Shown piece after piece: positions 18,099 through 27,140 of a DNA stretch of 64,000 nucleotides. Origin of the DNA: Methanocellales archaeon (GTDB lineage: Archaea; Halobacteriota; JAWCLZ01); NCBI GenBank assembly GCA_038850285.1, contig JAWCMA010000001.1, forward strand, positions 27,880-91,879, in the 5' to 3' direction. The position numbers and the translations under genes are program-made. The number at the start of each line of letters is the position of its first letter. The first letter of the stretch is position 1. The notes under the pieces were generated by a model, which did not search any database, was not told the origin of the DNA, and saw nothing but the letters and a program-made list of their open reading frames with translations.

Positions 18099-18517
18099 AG
18101 GTAAAATACCCTAGATTAACAGTCGACGTGGTAATTCTATATAGAAATAAATTTGTATTCATCAAGCGGGGAAATGAGCCATACAGGGGTAGATATGCCC
18201 TTCCAGGCGGCTTCGTTGAAGCTGGGGAGAGAGTGGAAGAAGCAGCTATTCGCGAGGCGAGAGAAGAAACTGGCCTTGATATTAGACTTATAAAACTTTT
18301 AGGGGTATACTCCGATCCAGATCGCGATCCACGCGGCCACGTGGTTAGCATTTGCTATCTAGCTGAAGGCACTGGAGAACTTAAACCAAGCACTGATGCT
18401 TGCGAGGTTTTGACTTGCTCTCTTGATGCTGCTATGAAGTTAAACCTCGCGTTTGACCACGATAAAATTTTGAGAGACGCCATAGCTGAGCTTCGTAGAA
18501 TAGGGAAATATTTTTAA
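18095..18517 (+). CDS. NUDIX hydrolase
   Basis: Nudix box GGFVEAGERVEEAAIREAREETGL. Confidence 0.85.
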   Translation: MKVKYPRLTVDVVILYRNKFVFIKRGNEPYRGRYALPGGFVEAGERVEEAAIREAREETGLDIRLIKLLGVYSDPDRDPRGHVVSICYLAEGTGELKPSTDACEVLTCSLDAAMKLNLAFDHDKILRDAIAELRRIGKYF

Positions 18518-18635
18518 ATATTGAGGGATGAAATAAATTGGGGTTGGTAATACTAATTTAAGGGGTGATGCTTGTCCCTATGTAGGACTATCTATTACCA
18601 GCCTTGAAATTCGACGGTGATGGGGGTGTTCGAAA

Positions 18636-18983
18636 ATGGGCATCCATATTGTCGTTGAATTTCTGGGCGTTGACCCGGAAAAACTCTCTAGAGTTGAAAA
18701 TGTAAAGCGAATTTTAGAAAGAGTATTGATTAATTCTAAGTTGAATGTGGTTGCAAATGTTTTTCATCAATTCTCGCCACATGGGGTTTCTGGAGTTTTT
18801 CTACTTCGCGAATCTCACCTCAGCATTCATACTTGGCCAGAGTATGAATATGCAGCCATAGATATCTTCACATGCGGTAGAGAGGAAGATGCACTTGAAG
18901 CACTATACTTACTTATAAAAGAGTTCCAACCCAAGGAAGTTAAAAAGGAAATAATCAGGAGGGAAGTTTCATGGAAAAAATAA
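18636..18983 (+). CDS. speH: S-adenosylmethionine decarboxylase proenzyme (pyruvoyl-dependent)
   Basis: 115 aa with the processing-site motif ESHLSIHTWPE. Confidence 0.85.
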   Translation: MGIHIVVEFLGVDPEKLSRVENVKRILERVLINSKLNVVANVFHQFSPHGVSGVFLLRESHLSIHTWPEYEYAAIDIFTCGREEDALEALYLLIKEFQPKEVKKEIIRREVSWKK

Positions 18984-20047
18984 GAGAATATATCTTAAAT
19001 GAATTAGCCACTTCTAATAAAAGCATCTGGGAACTCCTAGATAGCGCTTACTCGCCCTTAAAAGATTTCTTGAAGACTTTGAAAAATTTAATTGAAAATG
19101 AGGTGATTGCAAGTAATGGTAAAACTTTTTATTTAACTGAGAAAGGCAAACAAGAAGCTACATTAATTGCATTAAATCCATTTAAAAGTAATCTCTGCCA
19201 GTATTGCAATGGGAAGAGAATTGCCATTGAGGGGAAATTTAAGGAGATATTAAGTGAGTTTAAAGAAATAGTTAAAACCCGGCCCCTTGTGGATTTAAAT
19301 TTCTTCCAAGGCTATGCGATTGAGGAAGATGTAGTGAGAAGAGTAGCTTTAATGCATCACTATGGCGATTTACATCGCAAGGATCTCATTTTAATTGGCG
19401 ATGATGATCTATTAAGCATAGCTCTCTCTCTAACTCAACTTCCATCTAGAGTCGTTGTTTTAGATATAGATGAAAAACTAGGGGAATTCATAGCACGAGT
19501 AAGCAGGGAACATCGCTTTGATATTGAATTTAGAAAATACAATGTAGCTGATCCATTACCAAAGGATCTAGTGGGAAACTTCGATGTTTTCTCCTCAGAG
19601 CCACTTGAAACCCTAACAGGGCTTAAAGCATTTGTTGCAAGAGGCGTGAGTTGCTTAAGGGAAAATGGCGCGGGCTACTTCGGCTTAACCTTTCTCGAGG
19701 CATCTTTTAAAAAATGGCTAGCAATACAGAAAACCATAAGCAAGATGAACTGCGTGATGACAGATGTAATCCGGGGATTCACAGCTTATCCAATGAACTA
19801 TGAAAACTTGGATTATGAATCATTTGTAGAAAAACTTAAGGTTCCAATTGAAAGAAACCCTGGTATTAATTGGTATAAATCTGCATTAATAAGAGTTGAA
19901 GCACTAGGCAAGCCAAAGCTAGTCATACCACCGAATAAAAAATTGCGTGTGAAACTTGTTGATCCAATGGAAGACCTCACATATCCAAATAAAAAATGCG
20001 CCGGTCGGGATTCGAACCCGAGTTTGGGGCTTGGCAAGCCCCAGTGA
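18971..20047 (+). CDS. bpsA: Branched-chain polyamine synthase (N4-bis(aminopropyl)spermidine synthase, DUF43 family)
   Basis: 358 aa. The assignment rests on the DUF43/BpsA-like fold and its position immediately downstream of speH. The last ~51 nt of the CDS are antisense to tRNA-Gly. Confidence 0.65.
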   Translation: MEKIREYILNELATSNKSIWELLDSAYSPLKDFLKTLKNLIENEVIASNGKTFYLTEKGKQEATLIALNPFKSNLCQYCNGKRIAIEGKFKEILSEFKEIVKTRPLVDLNFFQGYAIEEDVVRRVALMHHYGDLHRKDLILIGDDDLLSIALSLTQLPSRVVVLDIDEKLGEFIARVSREHRFDIEFRKYNVADPLPKDLVGNFDVFSSEPLETLTGLKAFVARGVSCLRENGAGYFGLTFLEASFKKWLAIQKTISKMNCVMTDVIRGFTAYPMNYENLDYESFVEKLKVPIERNPGINWYKSALIRVEALGKPKLVIPPNKKLRVKLVDPMEDLTYPNKKCAGRDSNPSLGLGKPQ

Positions 20048-20068
20048 TAACCACTACACTACCGGCGC
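19997..20068 (-). tRNA. tRNA-Gly (GCC)
   Basis: The reverse complement GCGCCGGTAGTGTAGTGGTTATCACTGGGGCTTGCCAAGCCCCAAACTCGGGTTCGAATCCCGACCGGCGCA folds as a cloverleaf with anticodon loop TTGCCAA. CCA is not encoded. Confidence 0.9.
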
Positions 20069-20116
20069 ATGTATATTTTTAGCTGGTGAGGTATAAAAAT
20101 TTGATCTTCAATTGAA

Positions 20117-20189
20117 TGCCCTGACCCGGACTCGAACCGGGGACAGCCAGATCTTCAGTCTGGCGCTCTCCCAACTGAGCTATCAGGGC
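20117..20189 (-). tRNA. tRNA-Phe (GAA)
   Basis: The reverse complement GCCCTGATAGCTCAGTTGGGAGAGCGCCAGACTGAAGATCTGGCTGTCCCCGGTTCGAGTCCGGGTCAGGGCA has anticodon loop CTGAAGA. Confidence 0.9.
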
Positions 20190-20232
20190 ATTTTGAGTTT
20201 AGTTTGTAAATTTTAATTAATAAAGGTTTTGA

Positions 20233-20421
20233 CTAAGGCGTTGGCGCCTTTGGCCACATTCCAAAATAGGCATTTAATATCATGGCTGCTATGGCTGCAA
20301 CTATACAGGCGATGACCACTGCCCTTGGACTGATTCTTATTGCACTTTCCTCGGTTTCAAAGTAGCGCATTAAACCAGCGCTTGACATTAAACCGCTTAC
20401 TTTCTCCCCTTTCCTAGGCAT
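20233..20421 (-). CDS. secG: Preprotein translocase subunit Sec61-beta (archaeal SecG)
   Basis: 62 aa with SGLMSSAGLMRYFE followed by a C-terminal TM helix. Confidence 0.8.
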   Translation of the reverse strand: MPRKGEKVSGLMSSAGLMRYFETEESAIRISPRAVVIACIVAAIAAMILNAYFGMWPKAPTP

Positions 20422-20463
20422 GGCTATCTTTATATTAATTCAATACTTCATTTAAATTTTGTC

Positions 20464-21561
20464 ATGCGAGAGTTAATAATCTCTGGAACAATTTTATGCG
20501 GAGCTAATTTCACTCCACTTGAAGGGTATATCTGCGTGGATAGGAAGAATGGTATCATTAAGGAAATTGGTGAGGGAAAAGCCCCATCCAAGATCAAGGG
20601 AATAATTATACCAAGCTTTATTAATGCTCATACTCACTTAGGGGACTCCATTGCCAAGGATATTCCCTTTAATGATCTCGACGAGCTTGTGAAGCCACCA
20701 TTTGGAATTAAGCATCAAATATTGAAATGCACGCCTACGCGGAAGTTATGTGCAGCAATGAGAAGCTCACTTAAAGACATGCTTTACACTGGCACTTCTC
20801 ACTTCATCGACTTTCGAGAAGGCGGTATTAAAGGCGTGAAAGCACTGCAGAGAGCCATGCAGGACTCAATCCTTGAAGGCTTAATTCTAGGAAGACCCGA
20901 GTCTGAGGAAGAGGCTGAGCACCTCTTGAATCATTGTCATGGCTTTGGAATCAGTGGAGCCAATGACTTTGAATTAGAATATCTAGAAAAACTCAGATAT
21001 CTAGCGAAGCGCAGGGGTAAATACTTTGCAATACACGCTGGGGAAAAAGATAGAAGTGATATCGACACAGCACTTTCTCTAGAACCAGATATTTTAGTTC
21101 ATATGACCCACGCGTTGCCGCGGGATCTTAAAAAGGTGGCTGATAAAGGCATACCCATTGTACTCTGCCCTAGATCGAACTTCGCAACTAGAGTAGCTGG
21201 TTTTTCAAAGCCAAATGTGAGGAAAATGATTGATCTAGGCATATGCTTGGGACTTGGTACTGATAATGTTTTGATCAATTCACCTTGCATGTTCACTGAG
21301 ATGGAATTCCTTTCAAAGATTTTCCTAGATGGAGAAATTGAGGTATTGAGGATGGCAACTTTAAATGGAGCAATTATTCTAGGCATGGAAAATCAAGTTG
21401 GTACAATTGAAACAGGGAAAGCTGCTTGTCTCATAGTAATAAATAAGAACTCAAACAACATAAGATATACGAAAAATTTACCTCGAACAATTGTGCGGAG
21501 AGCAAGACCTGATGACATAATTGCAGTTGTCAATAAAGGTAAGATACTAAGGAGTGATTGA
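20464..21561 (+). CDS. Metal-dependent amidohydrolase family protein
   Basis: INAHTHLGDS metal-binding motif; 365 aa. Confidence 0.7.
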   Translation: MRELIISGTILCGANFTPLEGYICVDRKNGIIKEIGEGKAPSKIKGIIIPSFINAHTHLGDSIAKDIPFNDLDELVKPPFGIKHQILKCTPTRKLCAAMRSSLKDMLYTGTSHFIDFREGGIKGVKALQRAMQDSILEGLILGRPESEEEAEHLLNHCHGFGISGANDFELEYLEKLRYLAKRRGKYFAIHAGEKDRSDIDTALSLEPDILVHMTHALPRDLKKVADKGIPIVLCPRSNFATRVAGFSKPNVRKMIDLGICLGLGTDNVLINSPCMFTEMEFLSKIFLDGEIEVLRMATLNGAIILGMENQVGTIETGKAACLIVINKNSNNIRYTKNLPRTIVRRARPDDIIAVVNKGKILRSD

Positions 21562-22014
21562 ATGGGTGAAAAATTCAATAGCATTTTAATTGCAACAGAT
21601 GGCTCACAGCATACTAAAAGTGCAGTTAAACACGGCCTAGCGCTTGCAAAACTTAGCAATGCAAAGGTATATGCAGTATATGTGATTGACATTGGCATGT
21701 TTGCCTCTATACCAATGGATACAACCTTGGAGAATATGCATGAACTCCTTAAGAAAGAGGGGGAACTTGCAACGAGGAGTGTCGAGGAAGAAGCAAAAGC
21801 GCTGGGTATTGAAATCGAGAAAATCATCCTCGAGGGTAATCCAGCGCAGGAAATTGTTAAATTCGCAAATGCCAATAATATTGATCTCATCGTTATGGGC
21901 ACGCTAGGCAAAAGTGGACTGGAGAGATTTCTCTTGGGCAGTGTGGCAGAGAAAGTTATAAGAACAGCTTCTTGCCCAGTAATGGTGGTAAGAAGCAGAG
22001 CTGGAGGAAAGTAA
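21562..22014 (+). CDS. Universal stress protein (UspA family)
   Basis: ILIATDGSQHT...VMGTLGKSGLERFLLGSVAEKV. Confidence 0.85.
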   Translation: MGEKFNSILIATDGSQHTKSAVKHGLALAKLSNAKVYAVYVIDIGMFASIPMDTTLENMHELLKKEGELATRSVEEEAKALGIEIEKIILEGNPAQEIVKFANANNIDLIVMGTLGKSGLERFLLGSVAEKVIRTASCPVMVVRSRAGGK

Positions 22015-22043
22015 AAATATAAGGAACAATAAGGAGCATAAAA

Positions 22044-22895
22044 ATGCCGCAGATCGATATTGCTGTTAAGGAAATAATGACTAAAAATGTAATATACGCT
22101 GAAGTACCTGGCTCGCGCGATGAAGTTTTGAAGATAATGAAGAAAAAAGGAATCAGCGGCTTGCCGGTGGTGAAGGGCAAGAAGCTGGTTGGAATAGTAA
22201 CAAGACGAGACATCTTAAGGCATCCTGAGGAAGAGCAAATTGCACTTTTGATGACTAGAAATCCAATAACTGTAACCCCTGAATCCAGCATTAAAGAAGC
22301 TGCTAAGCTGTTCTTAAATCATAAGATTCGCAGGCTTCCAGTGGTGACCAATTCCAATTTAGTGGGCATTGTTACTGTGACAGATTTAATTGCAGCAATG
22401 GGGGATATGAATATCACTAAAACTATTGAAAGCTATGTGGAGAATTCAGTTGTCGTGGTATGGGAAGAGACCCCGCTGCCAGTGGTGGCAGAGATCATGC
22501 GCTTGGCTAAAGTGGATGCATTGCCGGTGATTAACACTGCAAATGAACTCGTGGGGATAATCAGTGACACAGATCTAATTAAAGTAAGCAAAATAGAGGA
22601 CTCAGTAGAGAAATCAGATATGAGTGCTGGGAGTGATGAGGATGCTTGGACTTGGGAGAGTTTAAGGGATACAATGAGTTTGTACTATAGTGTCTCTAAG
22701 ATAAAATTCCCTGAGGTACCTGTGAAGGAGATAATGGTGAAGAAAGTGATCACAGCTGCGATGAACTCAGAGGTTAGTGATTGCGCTAAAAAAATGAGGC
22801 GATATAAAATCGAGCAGCTTCCAGTTGTAACTGCTCATCAAAAAATCACAGGTATGCTGAGAGACTCAGAATTAATACGAGCACTCCTTGAATAG
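22044..22895 (+). CDS. CBS-domain protein (four CBS repeats)
   Basis: Repeated segments of the type IMTKNVI..V......GISGLPVV..KLVGIVT..D. Confidence 0.8.
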   Translation: MPQIDIAVKEIMTKNVIYAEVPGSRDEVLKIMKKKGISGLPVVKGKKLVGIVTRRDILRHPEEEQIALLMTRNPITVTPESSIKEAAKLFLNHKIRRLPVVTNSNLVGIVTVTDLIAAMGDMNITKTIESYVENSVVVVWEETPLPVVAEIMRLAKVDALPVINTANELVGIISDTDLIKVSKIEDSVEKSDMSAGSDEDAWTWESLRDTMSLYYSVSKIKFPEVPVKEIMVKKVITAAMNSEVSDCAKKMRRYKIEQLPVVTAHQKITGMLRDSELIRALLE

Positions 22896-22953
22896 AGAAA
22901 ACCTTGAAAAAATAAAAATTTACTTTATAAAATTAAAAACTTTGTTTGATCAT

Positions 22954-23250
22954 TCATTTTTTCTTCATCTTTACTGCTGAGATGAACTCATCGATCCCAA
23001 TTGCTCCTAGAGTAGTGGTCTTCAAAGTCCCTCGCGAGCCAAGTTCAACTGCGACTCTAGCTATGGTTTTATTATCAGGTGCCTCGAGAATGTTCAAAAA
23101 GTCATATTCCCCTAGAAGTGCATATTGCGCGAGTATCTTCACACCCATAGCCTCAACTTCTTTATTGACTTCTTTTATCCTCTCAGGATTCTCTTTAATC
23201 GTCTCTAGACCCTTATCTGTTAGCGTAGTCAGCATAACGTAAACAGGCAT
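22954..23250 (-). CDS. GYD-domain protein
   Basis: 98 aa with MPVYVMLTTLTDKG...LGEYDF. Confidence 0.7.
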   Translation of the reverse strand: MPVYVMLTTLTDKGLETIKENPERIKEVNKEVEAMGVKILAQYALLGEYDFLNILEAPDNKTIARVAVELGSRGTLKTTTLGAIGIDEFISAVKMKKK

Positions 23251-23303
23251 AACATAACCTCCATTTTTTAAATATGAGCTAGAGCTATATAGATATTTTT
23301 AAT

Positions 23304-24122
23304 TTAAATGTAATTTTTTAAAATGTAATTTTTTTCGCGATCTAGATATTTTGCATAGAGCTTGGAACGTCTATCCTTGAAAACTTGAATCTCTCCCCTC
23401 ACTTTATCAATCATACTCAGGTCTACATCGCAGATCAACTCAGCTTCATCCTCTCCAGCTTCAGCTAAGAAGCTACCATCTGGAGCTGCAACGAGTGAGT
23501 GACCGAAATAACTCTGCTTACCAGATGCTCCAACTCTATTGCAGGCTGCAATGAAAAGCTGATTCTCAATTGCTCTAGACGCGAGCAATGTGCGCCAGAT
23601 ATTCAACCTAGGCTTAGGGAACTGAGCAGGCACAAAGATGATCTTCGAACCTTTAAGCGCAAGTATCCTCGCCACTTCTGGGAAGCGAATTTCATAGCAA
23701 ATCATAACACCAATTCTACAGAGTCTACTGCTAAAAGTTTTAATAGCACTGCCAGCGGAAAGATATTCATTCTCCCCCATAGGGCTGAAAAGATGGCACT
23801 TGCGATATTTACCAAGAATTCTACCCCCCTCAAGTACATAAGCACTGTTATAAATTTTTTGCTTTATCTCAGGAATGGATCCAGCAATAATGCAAGCTTG
23901 CTTGGTTCTTTCCATGATTAAATTAATTGCACGCTGGCAATCTTGAGGTGAAAGTTTTTTAATTATTCCATAGTTAAACCCAGCTAGCCACATCTCAGGA
24001 AGTAGAATAAAATCAGCTCCCTGCTTGATGCAGGATTCAATGCCGCGTATAGCTCTATTTAAATTCTCCACAATGGAATTGGATACCTCAATTTGAACAA
24101 GCCCAATTTTTACACGTCGCAT
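23304..24122 (-). CDS. Carbon-nitrogen hydrolase (nitrilase superfamily)
   Basis: E-K-C triad context: LPEMW, and a Cys in VMICYEIRFPE. Confidence 0.8.
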   Translation of the reverse strand: MRRVKIGLVQIEVSNSIVENLNRAIRGIESCIKQGADFILLPEMWLAGFNYGIIKKLSPQDCQRAINLIMERTKQACIIAGSIPEIKQKIYNSAYVLEGGRILGKYRKCHLFSPMGENEYLSAGSAIKTFSSRLCRIGVMICYEIRFPEVARILALKGSKIIFVPAQFPKPRLNIWRTLLASRAIENQLFIAACNRVGASGKQSYFGHSLVAAPDGSFLAEAGEDEAELICDVDLSMIDKVRGEIQVFKDRRSKLYAKYLDREKNYILKNYI

Positions 24123-24246
24123 AGCATTATGAGTTCTACTCCTTATTTATTTACCATGCCATTCTATTCTTACCATATCCCAAGTCTTTATCTATATCTA
24201 AATTATCCAAAAAGCTATTAACCAATACTTTCATAAAAAACTAATA

Positions 24247-24603
24247 ATGGAAGAAGAAAAAATCCAGAAACTCGCAAGGATGCTTGAGAAAGGCGGGAAG
24301 ATGCTAGCAGCTCACTGCGCTTGCAATGCACCGCTATTCAAATATCACAATGAAATAATCTGCGCTGCTTGTGGAAGGCAGTATGAAAAAAAAGGTGATG
24401 AATATATATTAAAAACCCCTGCAGTGGAAGCAACGGCACCGGCAGTGAAGGGAGACATGAGTTCAGTGGAGCTTGCAATAATTGAGAAACTCAATCAAAT
24501 TGCAAGTGATTTGAAGAATGAACGCGATCCAAGGAGAATTCAAGAGCAATTTCAGTGCATTGAACTCGGTGTTAAAATACTGCAGAGCTTGAGAAAAACC
24601 TAA
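24247..24603 (+). CDS. Zn-ribbon protein, UPF0148-like
   Basis: 118 aa with CACNAPLF...CAACG. Its stop abuts the tRNA-Ser 5' end. Confidence 0.45.
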   Translation: MEEEKIQKLARMLEKGGKMLAAHCACNAPLFKYHNEIICAACGRQYEKKGDEYILKTPAVEATAPAVKGDMSSVELAIIEKLNQIASDLKNERDPRRIQEQFQCIELGVKILQSLRKT

Positions 24604-24688
24604 GTCGAGGTATCCAAGCCTGGTATGGAGCAGGTTTGCTAAACCTGTGTCCCTATGGGACTCGGGGGTTCAAATCCCCCCCTCGGCG
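24604..24688 (+). tRNA. tRNA-Ser (GCU)
   Basis: GTCGAGGTATCCAAGCCTGGTATGGAGCAGGTTTGCTAAACCTGTGTCCCTATGGGACTCGGGGGTTCAAATCCCCCCTCGGCG with anticodon loop TTGCTAA and a long Ser-type variable arm. Confidence 0.9.
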
Positions 24689-24700
24689 TAATATAAAATA

Positions 24701-24742
24701 CAAGAATAAGAAATTAAGGATAGATTTATCCCTTATTCTTGA
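24701..24742. terminator. Perfect 10-bp inverted repeat (caagaataag ... cttattcttg) between the convergent tRNA-Ser and a small-ORF operon
   Basis: Read directly from the sequence, with a 22-nt loop. A possible bidirectional terminator or structural element. Confidence 0.3.
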
Positions 24743-24757
24743 TTGAGATGATCTCTG

Positions 24758-24949
24758 CTATTTTAAGTGCAGTTTCATTGGAATTGTCTTCGCTGATTTT
24801 TCAATCAAGGCATCCACGCCTAAGCTCTTAGCTATATTACTCAGTTTGTTGAAAATAGCACATAGCGCTAGGCCTTTGTCTAATGCTTCATCCTCAGCCT
24901 TGCCAATAAATATTTTTGTTCTTGCAATTGAAAAATGCTTTTCTAACAA
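24758..24949 (-). CDS. Hypothetical small protein (63 aa)
   Basis: An ORF that is the last of three co-directional minus-strand genes. Confidence 0.35.
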   Translation of the reverse strand: MLEKHFSIARTKIFIGKAEDEALDKGLALCAIFNKLSNIAKSLGVDALIEKSAKTIPMKLHLK

Positions 24950-24956
24950 AAATACT

Positions 24957-25154
24957 TCAACGTTGCAGCAAACCTGTTTCCACGTAAAACTCCTTCAATT
25001 CTTTTAGTTTCTTATATGCATCGTTCCAGTCTTCCTCTAAACTTAGGCGAGCTGCAATTTCTTTTATCTTCAGCAACTCCTCCTCAAGCAATTTAAAGGC
25101 TTCATCCAAGTTCATTTGCCTCATCTCAGCAATATTGCAATATCTCGCATCCAA
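24957..25154 (-). CDS. Hypothetical small protein (65 aa, helical and charged)
   Basis: An ORF 8 nt downstream of the membrane coiled-coil gene. Confidence 0.35.
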   Translation of the reverse strand: MDARYCNIAEMRQMNLDEAFKLLEEELLKIKEIAARLSLEEDWNDAYKKLKELKEFYVETGLLQR

Positions 25155-25162
25155 GTATCATT

Positions 25163-25891
25163 TCAATTCCCGCTTTCAACTGGCTTGATTCTTTTTAAAA
25201 AAGAAAATTCTCTATATCGCCTGAGGGTTGCAATTCCCAAGCACGTGAATATTATGATGTTGATTGCAATTAGCAATCCAACTGTTTTCACAGCACTGCC
25301 ACTTAATGCAAAGCTCAAGAGTAGCATGACTACTATGCTTAAAACCAAGCTGAATGCTGTTCTCTCTATCATATCCAAATGCTCTATATTTGGAAATATG
25401 ATTGCAAGTAATACATACCCTGGGAATAAGAGTAGCACTGGCAATGCAATTATTCTAAAGATGATCTCCTCGAAAGATGTTGCAAAAATCGCGGCATCAA
25501 TAAGTAGAGTTATGATTGCAATAGCAAACAAATCATGGCTATAGTTGAATTCTCTTTTGAAGAAGTTTCTATGCAGGTAATCCAGCAGCATTTTTTCCTG
25601 CCTTACGTGCTCCTGCAAGCTCTTTATTTGCTCTTCATACCCTCGTAGTTTACTGCTGCACTCAGGAGGAATAGATAGATTATTTAATTTGAGTACTTCA
25701 AGTGCATCTCGTAGCCTTGATTCCTCTATCCTTAGTCTCTGGATATCTGCAATGGCTTTTTTAATATTATGAACATGCTCTTTTTCCAGCAGCTTTAACT
25801 TGGGAATTATTTTATCAATAATCCATCCCCATTTTTTATTCAATTTGCCAATATAAATTTTTTTGCTATATAGACTGCTTAGCAATGGCAT
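25163..25891 (-). CDS. Membrane protein: an N-terminal coiled-coil domain (family paralog 3) fused to a C-terminal 4-TM domain
   Basis: The N-terminus LKLLEKEHVHNIKKAIADIQRL...LEVLKLNNLSIPPECSSKLRGYEEQIKSLQEHVRQEKMLLDYL is homologous to the ORFs at 3792..4181 and 29793..30074. The C-terminal half is hydrophobic. Confidence 0.6.
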   Translation of the reverse strand: MPLLSSLYSKKIYIGKLNKKWGWIIDKIIPKLKLLEKEHVHNIKKAIADIQRLRIEESRLRDALEVLKLNNLSIPPECSSKLRGYEEQIKSLQEHVRQEKMLLDYLHRNFFKREFNYSHDLFAIAIITLLIDAAIFATSFEEIIFRIIALPVLLLFPGYVLLAIIFPNIEHLDMIERTAFSLVLSIVVMLLLSFALSGSAVKTVGLLIAINIIIFTCLGIATLRRYREFSFLKRIKPVESGN

Positions 25892-27092
25892 AGGTTATGC
25901 TGGAATCAATAACTTTAACGTCAAACCACTTCCCGAGGGGGAGGTTTTCTTTGATCACAATATTTCTATAGCAATTGTCTCTCGCAATAGTTGTATTTTG
26001 CTTCCCTCTCTCAGTTGTGAGTACCTTCAGCTGCTTGCCTATTATTGACCTATAATATTCTGAGGTTATTTGATGGTGAAGCTGGGTCAAGATTCTAGAC
26101 CGCTGTTTTTTCAATCTCTCTAGCATGTCTGGCATTTCATAAGCTAAAGTATGGGGCCTAGGTGAGAAACGAGTGATGTTAACCTTTACGGGCTTGATTT
26201 CAAGTAGGTTTTTCTTGGTTAATTCAAAGTCCTCCTTACTCTCCCCTGGGAATCCAACTATGTAGTCTGTGGAGAGTAAGAGCTCTGGATAGCGAGCTCT
26301 AAAGGCATGCACAATTTCGCAATAATCTTCAATTCTATAGCCCCTATTCATTAGCTCTAATATTCTATTGGATCCTGATTGAACTGGTAAATGCAGGAAT
26401 TTAAAGACCTTGGGGGATGCAAAAGCATCTAATAACTCCTCGATGATTGGCTTTGCAGTCGCTGGATTCATCATTCCAACTCTGATCATAAAATCCCCTT
26501 TGATTTTAGAGATTTTCTTTATCAAAGCAGCTAGATTTGTGTTTAAATCAATGCCATAGGATGAAGTATCTTGAGCTGTGATTTGAATTTCCCTTGCCCC
26601 TTGTTCAACAAGTATTTTCACCTGTGCTTCAATTGCATCTGGATTATAGCTCCTTAATTTCCCTCTTGCCTTCTTCACTATGCAGTAAGAGCAAGCTCCC
26701 AAGCACCCCTCGCATATTGAGATATAACCTATAGCGCCAGTTATGCCACTCGGTGGAGTTCTATCTTCAGCTGCAATTTTGCTCCCGAGTTTTTCGCAGA
26801 TTTCATGTAAATTGCTGGGAGTAAGGGTTTCCACATTATAGTGCGCGAGAAGCTCAGGCTGGGCAGCTGGCAGGCACCCTGCGACTATCAATTTTTTCGA
26901 TGATAGATTTTTAATTCTCTTGAGCATTTTTCTCTCAGTGAACTTGGTAACCGTGCAGGTATTGATCACAGCTGCATCAGCTTGTTCAAAGCGATCAACT
27001 ATGGTAAATCCAGCTTTTTTTAATAGATTTTCCATCTTCTTAGCATCGCATAGATTAGAAATACATCCATAGTTCTCGATATATACCTTCAT
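25866..27092 (-). CDS. mtaB: tRNA methylthiotransferase (MiaB/MtaB family, radical SAM)
   Basis: The N-terminal MTTase domain has MKVYIENYGC..N..D; the radical SAM motif is CSYCIV; a TRAM-like C-terminus is present. Confidence 0.8.
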   Translation of the reverse strand: MKVYIENYGCISNLCDAKKMENLLKKAGFTIVDRFEQADAAVINTCTVTKFTERKMLKRIKNLSSKKLIVAGCLPAAQPELLAHYNVETLTPSNLHEICEKLGSKIAAEDRTPPSGITGAIGYISICEGCLGACSYCIVKKARGKLRSYNPDAIEAQVKILVEQGAREIQITAQDTSSYGIDLNTNLAALIKKISKIKGDFMIRVGMMNPATAKPIIEELLDAFASPKVFKFLHLPVQSGSNRILELMNRGYRIEDYCEIVHAFRARYPELLLSTDYIVGFPGESKEDFELTKKNLLEIKPVKVNITRFSPRPHTLAYEMPDMLERLKKQRSRILTQLHHQITSEYYRSIIGKQLKVLTTERGKQNTTIARDNCYRNIVIKENLPLGKWFDVKVIDSSITYAIAKQSI

Positions 27093-27140
27093 TTCAATAA
27101 TTTATTAACCCATTCAACATTTTATTTTTATTTTAGTTTT

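Noticed and set aside
22946-23242. Plus-strand ORF overlapping the GYD-domain gene
   Set aside because: It is antisense to a recognisable GYD protein and has a low-complexity Ser-rich translation.
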